Shown piece by piece: positions 9,484-18,792 of a stretch of DNA of 64,000 nt (position 1 is the first letter of the stretch; each line of letters begins with the position of its first letter). Source of the DNA: a virus (Duplodnaviria > Caudoviricetes); the IMG/VR virus record IMGVR_UViG_3300028549_001457, positions 214,786 through 278,785 of that record; one strand, 5' to 3'. The position numbers and the translations under genes are program-made. Below the pieces are notes generated by a model. That model saw only the letters and a program-made list of their open reading frames with translations, made no database searches and was not told the origin of the DNA.

Positions 9484-12180
9484 ATGACAAAGAAAAAAGT
9501 TGCCGCAGCAAAGCCCACAAGTATCCCAGCTTCATTTAGTGGGAGTTCTGTGACTACCTCCGTTTCTCTAGGTGTCCCTAAGTATTCTCAATCCATGTCT
9601 TCTGTGGAGAGAATGGATAATCTGCGTCAGATGCGTAGCCAAAAAACAGCCTCGTCCCACACGGCTCTTTTTGGGGTTGGTGGTGGTATGGGTGGGGCTA
9701 CTGGATCTCTCAATCCTTCAAATTACACTAACCCTTATACCCATAACTTCCCGGTAGATATTCTTGAACGTCCGCAAAGTAGGCAGGAGCAGATCGAGTG
9801 GAACGTCAGATGGTACCGTGAGAACCCCATTGTTAGGCGGGTAATTGATCTTCATTCTCAGCTACCGCTGTCTAAAATGACTATCACAAAACCTGCTTCG
9901 TCTTCACAGGCATTTAGCAATTATGTCCATAAATTCTTCTTGGACATGGCTAAGAATATGAAGCTGATACCTAAATTGAGAAGCAACCTGGGGAAGGCAT
10001 ATTGGCTTCATGGGGATGATTTCATCTTCCTAGAAGACCAGAAATTAGACCCTAATGCTACGAATGATAGTGAGTATCAAACAGTTCCAAGTGAATACGA
10101 TAACCAAGCTAGAACAAACTTCTTTGACGTCCACCGGCATATACATACGTCATCCCAAAAAGATTGGGACGTCAAATACGCGAAAATGCTAGCAAATCCC
10201 CTGTTTGCACTGGTCCCCCAATTGCGAGAGCAGGCCCTTCAGGGGTCAACCCCTCGTCCCTCGGGGCCTTTCTTAGATGAGTGTGAATTTAAAGATGTTT
10301 TTGGTAATGACGCAAACTCGTTTCTACAAGTAATCCATACACTTAAAAATGCGGCTTACGAGTTGAAGAAATTTGCTGATACCATTAATGGTAAGCGTAA
10401 AGCGGATATTTCTCGTCTAAATCCCTTGGTGCTTGCTAAGTTAGGTCCTGAGTTTTTATCGTATAAACATCACAGTGCGTATGTAGCCTACAAAAGTGGA
10501 TCTGTTAAGACTGCAGAAGTTAAGGTTGCGGCTGAGGATTCTGAGGGTCCCAATGATGTAGATATGGCACTTGATCCATCCAAACGTCCGGTGTTTAAGC
10601 TCATCGGGTTGGACCCCATTAATGTCCAGAATATCCCAAGAAATGAACGCTCTGTTAGCCCCACGCCAAACCTTGATTTTCAGAAGTTCTTGCAGGATAA
10701 CCCGACTATTCAGAAGGCGCTTTCGGAGCTACCTAATCCAAATGAGCCCGTTCAAATCAATAAAACTGAGGAGGATGTCAGTGTAATGGTGTATGGACCC
10801 GATGGGGTTACGCCGTTGCGAGAGGATGATACTTTTGCGAAAACCCCAGAGGAAGATTCAGACATGGGTATGGGGGATATAGCCGACTTAGACATGGGGC
10901 CACTCCCAGATGACATTATGGCCTCCCCCGAAAATGACCCTGAATATATTGAAAATCTTGAAATCTATAATAAAAACTTAGTTCGCAAGAAGGAGCTTCT
11001 TGAAAAACTAATAGATGAATTAACGTCTAAAGCAACCGACTATAGATGCTTTGCTAATATTAAATATCCTAAATATAAGGGTTGGCAAGCTATGCGGTCC
11101 TTGCCTCCCCATCAAATTGAGGTGGCAAGAAAATCCAATTCAGATGTTAAAGAAATATTTTATATCCCATCTGAAGAAGAAGCCGCAACTATCCAAGCCA
11201 ATTTTGATGATTTATCTGAGGAGGCTCAAGGCTACTGGAAGGCTAAAAAGCGGCTGTTGTTATCGTCTGAAACATCAAATGAGCCCAGTCTAACCAATAA
11301 GGACCTTCCCGCAGACGGGTCTTACTGTGTCCAAGTATCTAACGCCCGTTCTGACTTTGAGTTGTATGGGCATGGATTAGTAGAGCCCTGTTTACGTGAC
11401 TTGATTCACGATGATAAAATTGGGCAGGTAAAGAGCCAAACTTTCGCTAGGAATATGCAGCCTAAGAGACTCGTGGTGGCGGAGGGAGTCGATGACGCTA
11501 CGTTGGCCAAACTACAGGATATGGTGGATGCTTCCACGGTAGACCCAGACGTCTCTATTATTACTAATTATCCAGTTACTTGGCAAGAAATGGGTGTTGG
11601 AGACCGCATTCAGAGTTTTGAAGGTGAGTATTCTCATATTCTTACCAATTTAACTGCTGGATTAGCGTTCTTCCAGGAGTTTATTACTGGACAGATCTCC
11701 TATGGTGGGTCTAAGACTCCACAGGAAATCATGAACACTATGTATTTAGCCTTCAGAGAAGACATTTCATTTTTTATCCAGGAGTGCATCTTTAGACCTG
11801 TTGCAGAACGTAAAGGTTTTTATGATGTGGATGAATTTGGGCAGAAAATCCTTATATACCCAAATATATCATTCTCCAGATTGGCTATCCGTGATGCCGG
11901 TGATACCTATGACATGCTAATAAATCTCTACCTTAAGGGTTCCGTATCTATTTCTAGAATTTATGAGATCCTGAATATTGATGAAGAAGAGGAAACCCAG
12001 AAACTTGAGGATGAACTCTTTACTATTAAGGACCCCAAATTCACAGAGCTTCTTGCGGGTATCTACCAGAATGTTGCACAGACCCTCGTTGAACGAACTA
12101 ACATAACTGAAATGTTAGCCAAGAATATGGGTTTGACATATGAAGAACCCTCAGATGATGGTGGAGGCCCTCCTCTATAA
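9484..12180 (+). CDS. Portal protein with a long insertion
   Basis: 898 aa, RBS GAGGT, follows terL. Portal-like segments WYRENPIVRRVIDLHSQLPLSKM, YWLHGDDF, YGHGLVEPCLRDL, NLTAGL, ECIFRPVAERKGF. Confidence 0.7.
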   Translation: MTKKKVAAAKPTSIPASFSGSSVTTSVSLGVPKYSQSMSSVERMDNLRQMRSQKTASSHTALFGVGGGMGGATGSLNPSNYTNPYTHNFPVDILERPQSRQEQIEWNVRWYRENPIVRRVIDLHSQLPLSKMTITKPASSSQAFSNYVHKFFLDMAKNMKLIPKLRSNLGKAYWLHGDDFIFLEDQKLDPNATNDSEYQTVPSEYDNQARTNFFDVHRHIHTSSQKDWDVKYAKMLANPLFALVPQLREQALQGSTPRPSGPFLDECEFKDVFGNDANSFLQVIHTLKNAAYELKKFADTINGKRKADISRLNPLVLAKLGPEFLSYKHHSAYVAYKSGSVKTAEVKVAAEDSEGPNDVDMALDPSKRPVFKLIGLDPINVQNIPRNERSVSPTPNLDFQKFLQDNPTIQKALSELPNPNEPVQINKTEEDVSVMVYGPDGVTPLREDDTFAKTPEEDSDMGMGDIADLDMGPLPDDIMASPENDPEYIENLEIYNKNLVRKKELLEKLIDELTSKATDYRCFANIKYPKYKGWQAMRSLPPHQIEVARKSNSDVKEIFYIPSEEEAATIQANFDDLSEEAQGYWKAKKRLLLSSETSNEPSLTNKDLPADGSYCVQVSNARSDFELYGHGLVEPCLRDLIHDDKIGQVKSQTFARNMQPKRLVVAEGVDDATLAKLQDMVDASTVDPDVSIITNYPVTWQEMGVGDRIQSFEGEYSHILTNLTAGLAFFQEFITGQISYGGSKTPQEIMNTMYLAFREDISFFIQECIFRPVAERKGFYDVDEFGQKILIYPNISFSRLAIRDAGDTYDMLINLYLKGSVSISRIYEILNIDEEEETQKLEDELFTIKDPKFTELLAGIYQNVAQTLVERTNITEMLAKNMGLTYEEPSDDGGGPPL

Positions 12181-13580
12181 TGACCAAGTCTTGCCTTGAT
12201 CTATTAAGGGATAATTTTGAGACCCTCCGTAAGGGTGGGACCATCCCACTTGAGGGTCTTTCACCTGAGTGTAGTGAATTTGTCTCTATGCTAAATGATC
12301 TCGCAAAACCTTGGGATTCTGAGCGTAAAAGACTAGCTAAAGATCGTCTTTTTATTAGCAGTATCCTGGATTCAATCCCCCAGGGGGTGTTTTGGAAGGA
12401 CACAGATAGTGTGTTCCTGGGGTGCAACCGCCCTTTCGCGGATATGAATAAACTATCTATGGATAAAGTTATAGGAAAAACTGACTACGAACTGGTGGAT
12501 AGTAGTTTAGCGCTACACTTCAGATCAGAGGATCTTGAGGTGTTGACAACTTTGAAAAGAGTCTACTCCTTGAGTCCACCCTCGGATAGTAAACAACGCT
12601 ACACACTTACCACAAAATGTCCTTTAATAGTTAATGATGTTCCTACTGGAGTTATCGGAGTTTCAGAAGATATCACGGATAGAAAAATTGCGGAGCTTCA
12701 GCTCAGCTTAAGTGAGGTTAAGTTTAGAACGCTAACAGAATCTCTAACTGACATTGTATGGATGATGGACCAATCTTTTAATATGTCTTATGTAAACCCT
12801 GCTGTGACTAGGTATACCGGGTTTACCGTGGATGAGATTTTAAAGCTACCTTTAGAAAAACGATACGCCCCTGGAACGGTTAAAACTATCCAAAAACGCC
12901 TTCGCTTTTTAGATGACCCTACGTATATAGGGGACTCAGTAGAGGCAGAGGTCTACCGTAAGGATGGGTCTACGATTTGGATGCTGACTAGATATACTGT
13001 GCTGAGGGGTGCTAAGGGGGAGGTATTTGGGTTTGTCGGCGTGTCTACAGATATCACTGCTCAGAAGAAAAAAGAGTCTATCCTCACGGATTTTGCAACT
13101 CTGGATGGGCTTACTGGTGTGATTAACCGTAGATATTTTATGGAACGGTTGAATGATGAGATGGATCGAGCTTTTAAATATAAAATACCTCTATCCGTGG
13201 CTATGCTAGACATAGATTACTTCAAGAAAATTAATGATACATATGGGCACCCAGCCGGGGACTCAGCTCTGCTCCAATTTGTGGGTGTCATTCAGGGGTG
13301 TCTACGCCAATCAGATTTCCTAGGTAGATTGGGAGGTGAGGAGTTTGCAGTGGTTCTTCAGGGAACTTCTGTAGATGCCACAAAGATTCTCGTGGAGAGA
13401 ATTAGACAATCTGTGTCTGAAACAGTTGTTTCACATGGGGCACTTTCGTTTAACATGACTGTCTCATCCGGTATTACTGGATTAAAAATGACTGATACGG
13501 CAGAGGCTATTATGGCTCGGGTAGATCAGGCCCTTTACGATGCTAAGGGATCCGGGCGAAATTGCTACCGAGTTATTTGA
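12180..13580 (+). CDS. PAS-PAS-GGDEF diguanylate cyclase
   Basis: Two PAS/PAC units (ILDSIPQGVFWKD...DITDRK; LTESLTDIVW...DITAQK), DGLTGVINRR, DIDYFKKINDTYGHPAGD, I-site RQSD, A-site GGEEF. ATG overlaps the portal TAA. Confidence 0.95.
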   Translation: MTKSCLDLLRDNFETLRKGGTIPLEGLSPECSEFVSMLNDLAKPWDSERKRLAKDRLFISSILDSIPQGVFWKDTDSVFLGCNRPFADMNKLSMDKVIGKTDYELVDSSLALHFRSEDLEVLTTLKRVYSLSPPSDSKQRYTLTTKCPLIVNDVPTGVIGVSEDITDRKIAELQLSLSEVKFRTLTESLTDIVWMMDQSFNMSYVNPAVTRYTGFTVDEILKLPLEKRYAPGTVKTIQKRLRFLDDPTYIGDSVEAEVYRKDGSTIWMLTRYTVLRGAKGEVFGFVGVSTDITAQKKKESILTDFATLDGLTGVINRRYFMERLNDEMDRAFKYKIPLSVAMLDIDYFKKINDTYGHPAGDSALLQFVGVIQGCLRQSDFLGRLGGEEFAVVLQGTSVDATKILVERIRQSVSETVVSHGALSFNMTVSSGITGLKMTDTAEAIMARVDQALYDAKGSGRNCYRVI

Positions 13581-13663
13581 ATTAAGTGCAATATCCATCT
13601 AGACTCTCACGCTAAGTTAGAGGTACTATTATAGGAATTCTCTTTCTATGAAGGAGTCTTGCA

Positions 13664-14491
13664 ATGGGCATATCTGATCGTATTAGGCGTCAACTTTTTG
13701 ACGGGGTAAACTTCACTCCGCAGTCTGAAATTATTGATACACCCTCGCATCTGTATATGGATTCAGATCAGCAGCTCCGCATGGGTTTAGACAGCGGTGT
13801 TGGTGTTGTCCCCAATGTGGTGGCACCTCAGGATTCCCAGGTTCCTCTTTATGATGCTACCCTTAAACTTTGGAAGGCAACTGCCATCTCCAAGGCTAAT
13901 GTTCTTTCCGGGTCGTTTCTAGCAGATGACTGGACGGTTGATGGTGACATCGCCTCTTTTACCATCTCGCATACTCTGAGCACACAGTCTGTTGATGTGA
14001 CCGTTTTTGACATATCCTCTGGAACCCCTACAGAAACATATGTAGAAGTTCAGCCCATTAACAATGGGACGGTAAAACTCAACGTAGCTGCCTCCGCTAC
14101 TTTTCCAGGCATATTCCTTCTAACCTCCATTACAGGGGTGGGTGCCGTTGGATCTTTTGGTGGGAGCACTGCAGTTCTGATTACTACTATGGGCAATGTC
14201 TTTGGAGCAACCACAATTAATTGGGGTCCTACGCGCTTTGCTTCAGTTATTCTCACGGGTGAAACTGTGTTATCCCTATCAGACCTAGGTAGCACGGTCT
14301 GTGATAAGGTTGTCGTTAAGGTATCTCAGGATGCCACTGGGGGCCGATACTTATACTGGGGGTCTAATGTAGCGTGGCCAAATGGTTATCAACCTGAGGG
14401 TTCTTTAACAGCAAATGCTACTGACTACTTTGAGTTCCTGTGGGACGGGTCTATATATACCTGCACCAATCTCATTCAGAATGCCAGCTAA
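13664..14491 (+). CDS. Virion structural protein (fibre-associated type)
   Basis: RBS AAGGAG. C-terminal SQDATGGRYLYWGSNVAWPNG..PEGSLTANATDYFEF motif typical of fibre/baseplate accessory proteins. Confidence 0.55.
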   Translation: MGISDRIRRQLFDGVNFTPQSEIIDTPSHLYMDSDQQLRMGLDSGVGVVPNVVAPQDSQVPLYDATLKLWKATAISKANVLSGSFLADDWTVDGDIASFTISHTLSTQSVDVTVFDISSGTPTETYVEVQPINNGTVKLNVAASATFPGIFLLTSITGVGAVGSFGGSTAVLITTMGNVFGATTINWGPTRFASVILTGETVLSLSDLGSTVCDKVVVKVSQDATGGRYLYWGSNVAWPNGYQPEGSLTANATDYFEFLWDGSIYTCTNLIQNAS

Positions 14492-14508
14492 CACCCGTTA
14501 TTTAGGGT

Positions 14509-14769
14509 CCTTTCTTGTGAGAACTATATATGGCTAGTCCACTCATACCTACTACGGTTGATTCCCGTGCTTACAAAGCACCCATTTCAAATCCTACCAG
14601 ACAATCCAAACTAATTATTGCTGCAACAGCAGTAGGTCTCTGGGAAGGTAAAGACCATCACATCGCCACCTGGACAGGGTCCTCCTGGAAGTTTATTAAG
14701 CCTATCCAGGGGGTCTCTACCTGGATTGTTGATGAGGGAGTTGAGGCTACTTGGGATGGATCTGCATGG
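14509..14769 (+). repeat. 261-bp direct repeat, copy 1 (upstream region plus N-terminal DUF2793-like module)
   Basis: Matches 15648-15908 with 8 mismatches counted by eye. Confidence 0.92.
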
Positions 14770-15567
14770 GTGGTTCCTTCTGGTGGAAGCGGCGGAGGTG
14801 AATCTCGTGAAATCCTTCATGCTGATCGGATCTATTACGTCAGGACAGACGGTAATGACAGCAATACCGGCCTAGTCAATGATGCTAGTGGAGCTTTCCT
14901 CACTATCCAGAAAGCAGTCAATGTTGTTAGCTTAGACATAGACATGAATATATTCCAGGTGACCATCAAGGTCGCAGATGGAACTTACAACACGAGCGGG
15001 ACCAATTTGTTATTGGGTGAATATGTCGGGAACTGGAAGCCCCCAATCATTGAGGGGAACATCACAACACCATCAAACTGTATAATATCGAATACGTCCA
15101 GCCCGTTGGTTAATTGCATGAGATCACAGTGGACTATTCGAGGGTTTAGGGTTATCGCAAATGGCTCGCTAGCTTTGTTCGCGCAACTGGGAGCATACCT
15201 TACTATTTCGGATATCTCTTTTGGATATGCACACGATCAGCATATGTGGGCTAGAAGCTCTGTAATCCAGATCATTGGGAATTACTCTATTGATGGCCCC
15301 GCTATCCATCACATTATCGCGGAAGACGGGGGATACGTTGGCACCATGGGGTATTCGATAGCAGTATTTATTGCATCAGCCTATACGATAAGCATCATGG
15401 CCTATGCAATAAATGGGTCTACGATTAGGCTCAAACCAGCCACGTTCACTGGGGCACAGCCTGTTGGTATCAGGTATGTCGGTGAGGCTCTATCGGTGAT
15501 TATTGCGAACAACGCAATACCCGGAACCGTTGGGGGTAATGTAACTGGCGGAAGTGTGAAACTATAA
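14530..15567 (+). CDS. Fibre/spike protein: DUF2793-like N-terminus plus beta-helix-like C-terminus
   Basis: GLWEGKDHHIATWTGSSWKFIKP (DUF2793-like); YYVRTDGNDSNTG..FLTIQKAV...IKVADGTY, typical of the start of pectin-lyase-like beta helices. Confidence 0.6.
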   Translation: MASPLIPTTVDSRAYKAPISNPTRQSKLIIAATAVGLWEGKDHHIATWTGSSWKFIKPIQGVSTWIVDEGVEATWDGSAWVVPSGGSGGGESREILHADRIYYVRTDGNDSNTGLVNDASGAFLTIQKAVNVVSLDIDMNIFQVTIKVADGTYNTSGTNLLLGEYVGNWKPPIIEGNITTPSNCIISNTSSPLVNCMRSQWTIRGFRVIANGSLALFAQLGAYLTISDISFGYAHDQHMWARSSVIQIIGNYSIDGPAIHHIIAEDGGYVGTMGYSIAVFIASAYTISIMAYAINGSTIRLKPATFTGAQPVGIRYVGEALSVIIANNAIPGTVGGNVTGGSVKL

Positions 15568-15647
15568 GGTGGTTTAGTTCCTAACAGCTCAAGAGCCCAA
15601 GATCATATCATAACAACATACCCATCTACTACACTCCTCATGGACCC

Positions 15648-15908
15648 CCTTTCTTGTGAGAACTATATATGGCTAGCCCCCTCATTCCTACTACGGTTGA
15701 TTCCCGTGCTTACAAAGCACCCGTTTCAAATCCTACCAGACAATCCAAACTGATTATTGCTGCAACAGCAGTAGGTCTCTGGGAAGGTAAAGACCATCAC
15801 ATCGCCACCTGGACAGGGTCCTCCTGGAAGTTTATTAAGCCCATCCAGGGGGTCTCTACCTGGATTGTTGACGAGGGAGTTGAGGTTACTTGGGATGGAT
15901 CTGCATGG
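15648..15908 (+). repeat. 261-bp direct repeat, copy 2
   Basis: Offset 1139 nt from copy 1. Confidence 0.92.
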
Positions 15909-16370
15909 AATACCCCTGTTGTTACAGCTACCTACATTGGATTAGACAATGTAAATAATACTTCTGACATGGATAAACCCGTGTCAACAGCTACGCAGAT
16001 TGCTCTGACGTCATTGGCACTACGGGCACCTTTTCGCTGGTTTTATGAAACTCCTCTTAATATCCTAGATCGCCAGCCTGTGTATCGCGTGGAAACACTA
16101 TCGAATTTAAAGGCAATTCGCTGGTTTAGAAATACCCTTACTGCTGTGTCCGGAGTGGCTTCCATAGCTATTTATAAAAATAGTAGCTCAACAGCACTCT
16201 ACACAGTTACGATCCCAGATAATGCCTCCGGTAAATTGTGGGTTGATGCCCTTACGGGATTAAGTTCCCCTCTTGTAGTCGGTGATTATCTTGAGGTGGT
16301 TGTGACCGCAGGCAACGCCACCCTAGATAATCTTACTGTTCAATTAGATATTGAGCAGGCTGTCTACTAG
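15669..16370 (+). CDS. DUF2793-like fibre protein paralog
   Basis: First ~80 aa nearly identical to 14530; C-terminal domain (FRWFYETPLNILDRQPVY...) paralogous to the C-terminus of 23151. Confidence 0.65.
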   Translation: MASPLIPTTVDSRAYKAPVSNPTRQSKLIIAATAVGLWEGKDHHIATWTGSSWKFIKPIQGVSTWIVDEGVEVTWDGSAWNTPVVTATYIGLDNVNNTSDMDKPVSTATQIALTSLALRAPFRWFYETPLNILDRQPVYRVETLSNLKAIRWFRNTLTAVSGVASIAIYKNSSSTALYTVTIPDNASGKLWVDALTGLSSPLVVGDYLEVVVTAGNATLDNLTVQLDIEQAVY

Positions 16371-16378
16371 GATCTTAA

Positions 16379-17650
16379 ATGGCCTTCAAAAGTCCGCATG
16401 TGTTAGTTGAACTCGATGGAGTCGCATATAGATACTTCCCTTTACATCTTTGTCTTGTAGATGCTGGGGAGAGTCTTGTTGAGTTTGAAAGGCCCCCAAA
16501 AACACCTAGAGATTTCCAGGAATTTGACCCTAAGGATCTAAGGTCTATTAACATATCTTTAACATCCAAGTGTAACTTTGCCTGTAAATACTGTTATGCA
16601 GCAGACGCACACGCTAATAATGAGCCGGATATGTCCCCTGAGATGGTGTCCGCCATTATATCACTTGTATCCCAAGTTAATGGGACCGTAAAGGTCTCCT
16701 TCCTACCTCAGGGGGAGTCCCTCACAACTGAGAGTTCTCTCTTTGAACTCTGTGAAAAGCTTCTCGCTACGGGGAAGGTGCATTCATTCTCATTAACCAC
16801 CAATTTATCTTTAATAACTAATAGAAATATCCATCTTATTAAGAAGTATTTCTCTAGGGTTTCCGCATCATTTGATGGAAGTGAATATATCCAGAATTTC
16901 CAGAGACCTTTCTTAGGGGGACAGGATACCTTTGACATAGTTAAACAAGCTTTGTTGCTACTCATTGAGAATAGGATTCCCTTTGGGATTCGAGGGACTA
17001 TTACTGATCCAATGCTAGATTATATAACAACAATTGCTGACTTTTTAGATACCCTCCAAGAACATCCGGGTTATACGGATATGTTTAAAGAACCTATTCG
17101 AGTTGTTTTACAGCCTTATGTAGGAAGTGTGTCCGACCCGTTAACATGTCAAGATCATCTGCGTTTTTTGGGAGCGTTTGAAAGGCTTAAACAACGACAG
17201 ATGGGTAAGCTATGGCATGTTTCCTATGGGGATATGGAAGAGTCTGAATATCTTCCTATTAAGTTTGTTGGGTGTGGATTAACCAACCCACATACCTCTT
17301 TAACCTTCATGAATAACGGGCTAGTGGCAACTTGCCATAGAAAGTCAACCCCAGAGAGTTCCGCGTTAGATCCTCTTTTTGTGGGTAGGTTTGATTCAAC
17401 ACAGGGCAACTATGTATTTAACTTTGACAAGCTATCCAAATTTACTTCAGTTGTTGGAGATTGCGTTTCTTGTGTAGCTAGATTTTCTTGTGCTGGAGGT
17501 TGTTTTATAACTAATCAGGATGCAGATGCCAAGAGATTTAGATGCAACTTGGTTAGACACGATCTTTTAAGTCACCTGAGAAAATCTAAGATAGCTTTAC
17601 TTCAGCGAGGCTCCACAATACCTTTTTTAGGAGTAGAAAATGGCGATTGA
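16379..17650 (+). CDS. Radical SAM/SPASM-domain enzyme
   Basis: CNFACKYC (CxxxCxxC), TTNLS, SFDG, RGTIT. SPASM cysteines CG...CH...CVSCVARFSCAGGC...RC (CX2CX5CX3C...C). Confidence 0.93.
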   Translation: MAFKSPHVLVELDGVAYRYFPLHLCLVDAGESLVEFERPPKTPRDFQEFDPKDLRSINISLTSKCNFACKYCYAADAHANNEPDMSPEMVSAIISLVSQVNGTVKVSFLPQGESLTTESSLFELCEKLLATGKVHSFSLTTNLSLITNRNIHLIKKYFSRVSASFDGSEYIQNFQRPFLGGQDTFDIVKQALLLLIENRIPFGIRGTITDPMLDYITTIADFLDTLQEHPGYTDMFKEPIRVVLQPYVGSVSDPLTCQDHLRFLGAFERLKQRQMGKLWHVSYGDMEESEYLPIKFVGCGLTNPHTSLTFMNNGLVATCHRKSTPESSALDPLFVGRFDSTQGNYVFNFDKLSKFTSVVGDCVSCVARFSCAGGCFITNQDADAKRFRCNLVRHDLLSHLRKSKIALLQRGSTIPFLGVENGD

Positions 17651-18104
17651 TATATTAAGACCATCTTCATGGGACACTACCGCTAGCATATCCACCCCAG
17701 CATATGCTTATGATGGCAATACCACGACAGTAGCAACTGTAACCAACAATACTACGGGGCTTTCCATAACAAGGAATCTACAAGGATTCTCTGCGGCTCA
17801 ACATACGTATACTACGCTAACGCTAAAGATAGATCTGATGCCCGATGTCTTTACAGAGCAAGCTGGGTCCAGGGTTACTGTCCAAGTAAGCACCGATGCT
17901 ACGAATTATGCCACCATATTTATAGGAGACGATAGTAATAAAATGCTTCGTCAGACAATCTCCTATGCACTCCCTGTAGGTACTAACATGGCTAATGTTC
18001 GTGTTAAATTTATTCTTCTAGCTGACGAGTCTTTTGTGTGTAATGTAAAGGATGGAGTGTTGTGTTCCTTTGGTGACTGTATTTACCCTGATGCACCTGT
18101 GTAA
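17640..18104 (+). CDS. Virion-type beta-sandwich protein ending in three C-x3-D motifs
   Basis: RBS AGGAG, start overlaps the rSAM 3' end. C-terminus CNVKD-GVL-CSFGD-CIYPD-APV*. Body resembles 57723 (AYDG...VRF). Confidence 0.75.
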   Translation: MAIDILRPSSWDTTASISTPAYAYDGNTTTVATVTNNTTGLSITRNLQGFSAAQHTYTTLTLKIDLMPDVFTEQAGSRVTVQVSTDATNYATIFIGDDSNKMLRQTISYALPVGTNMANVRVKFILLADESFVCNVKDGVLCSFGDCIYPDAPV

Positions 18105-18153
18105 TACCTAATAAATTGATATGTAATGACAAATATATAAATTGAGGTGATAC

Positions 18154-18780
18154 ATGAGTTATGCTATTGCATATGTATATGATGCGTGGATAGAGGGTAA
18201 CTGGACCACCCCTCCCCCTACAGTTTCTTCATGGTCTGGGTCAGCCACAATTGGATCAACTATAACCGTAACAGGCGCTAATTTTACGGGAGCAACTGCG
18301 GTTAAGATAGGTTCTAATTCGGTATCCTCATACACCGTTGTATCTGCATCTTCCATTACATTTACGCTTACCACGGCTCACCAAGGGTGGTCGGGGGTTC
18401 TTTCAGTTACAACTGCTAGTGGGACTGGATCTGGGGGTTCAACGTTAACCGTCCCAACAATCTCCGTTGGGGCTCCTACTCCTGGTGGTCAGTATACTTC
18501 TGTGGGGTATACACGACAGTTCACAAGCGGGGGGGTTTCGGGGGCTGTTAACACCTCCGTAACATGGTCAACCAACGGCGGGTCCATTACCGGATCTGGA
18601 CTCTACACCGCCCCTGGTACCTCAGGCACATACACTATTTGGAATACTTCAGTTGCGGATTCTTCCAAGAGTAATAGCTGCACTGTGTATATAGTTGCTC
18701 TCCCAACAGCTAGCCTTTCCGCCACTAGGGGAACCATCACCGCTGGTCAATCCACTACAATAACACCAATATTTACTTAA
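18154..18780 (+). CDS. IPT/TIG plus Ig-like repeat protein
   Basis: RBS GAGGTG. GSTITVTGANFTGATAVKIG...VVSASSITFT (IPT/TIG) and VNTSVTWSTNGGSITGSGLYTAP (Ig-like). Confidence 0.75.
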   Translation: MSYAIAYVYDAWIEGNWTTPPPTVSSWSGSATIGSTITVTGANFTGATAVKIGSNSVSSYTVVSASSITFTLTTAHQGWSGVLSVTTASGTGSGGSTLTVPTISVGAPTPGGQYTSVGYTRQFTSGGVSGAVNTSVTWSTNGGSITGSGLYTAPGTSGTYTIWNTSVADSSKSNSCTVYIVALPTASLSATRGTITAGQSTTITPIFT

Positions 18781-18792
18781 AGGGGACATGGA

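Noticed and set aside
14509-15908. Diversity-generating retroelement TR/VR pair
   Set aside because: Only 4 of the 8 mismatches are at A in either copy, most are synonymous third positions, the repeat is N-terminal and includes intergenic DNA, and no reverse transcriptase is in the window.
18099-18154. T4 gene 60-style translational bypass across the ~50-nt gap
   Set aside because: The matching GTG at 18147 lands in a frame that stops within 11 codons, not in the 18154 frame; a strong RBS supports independent initiation.
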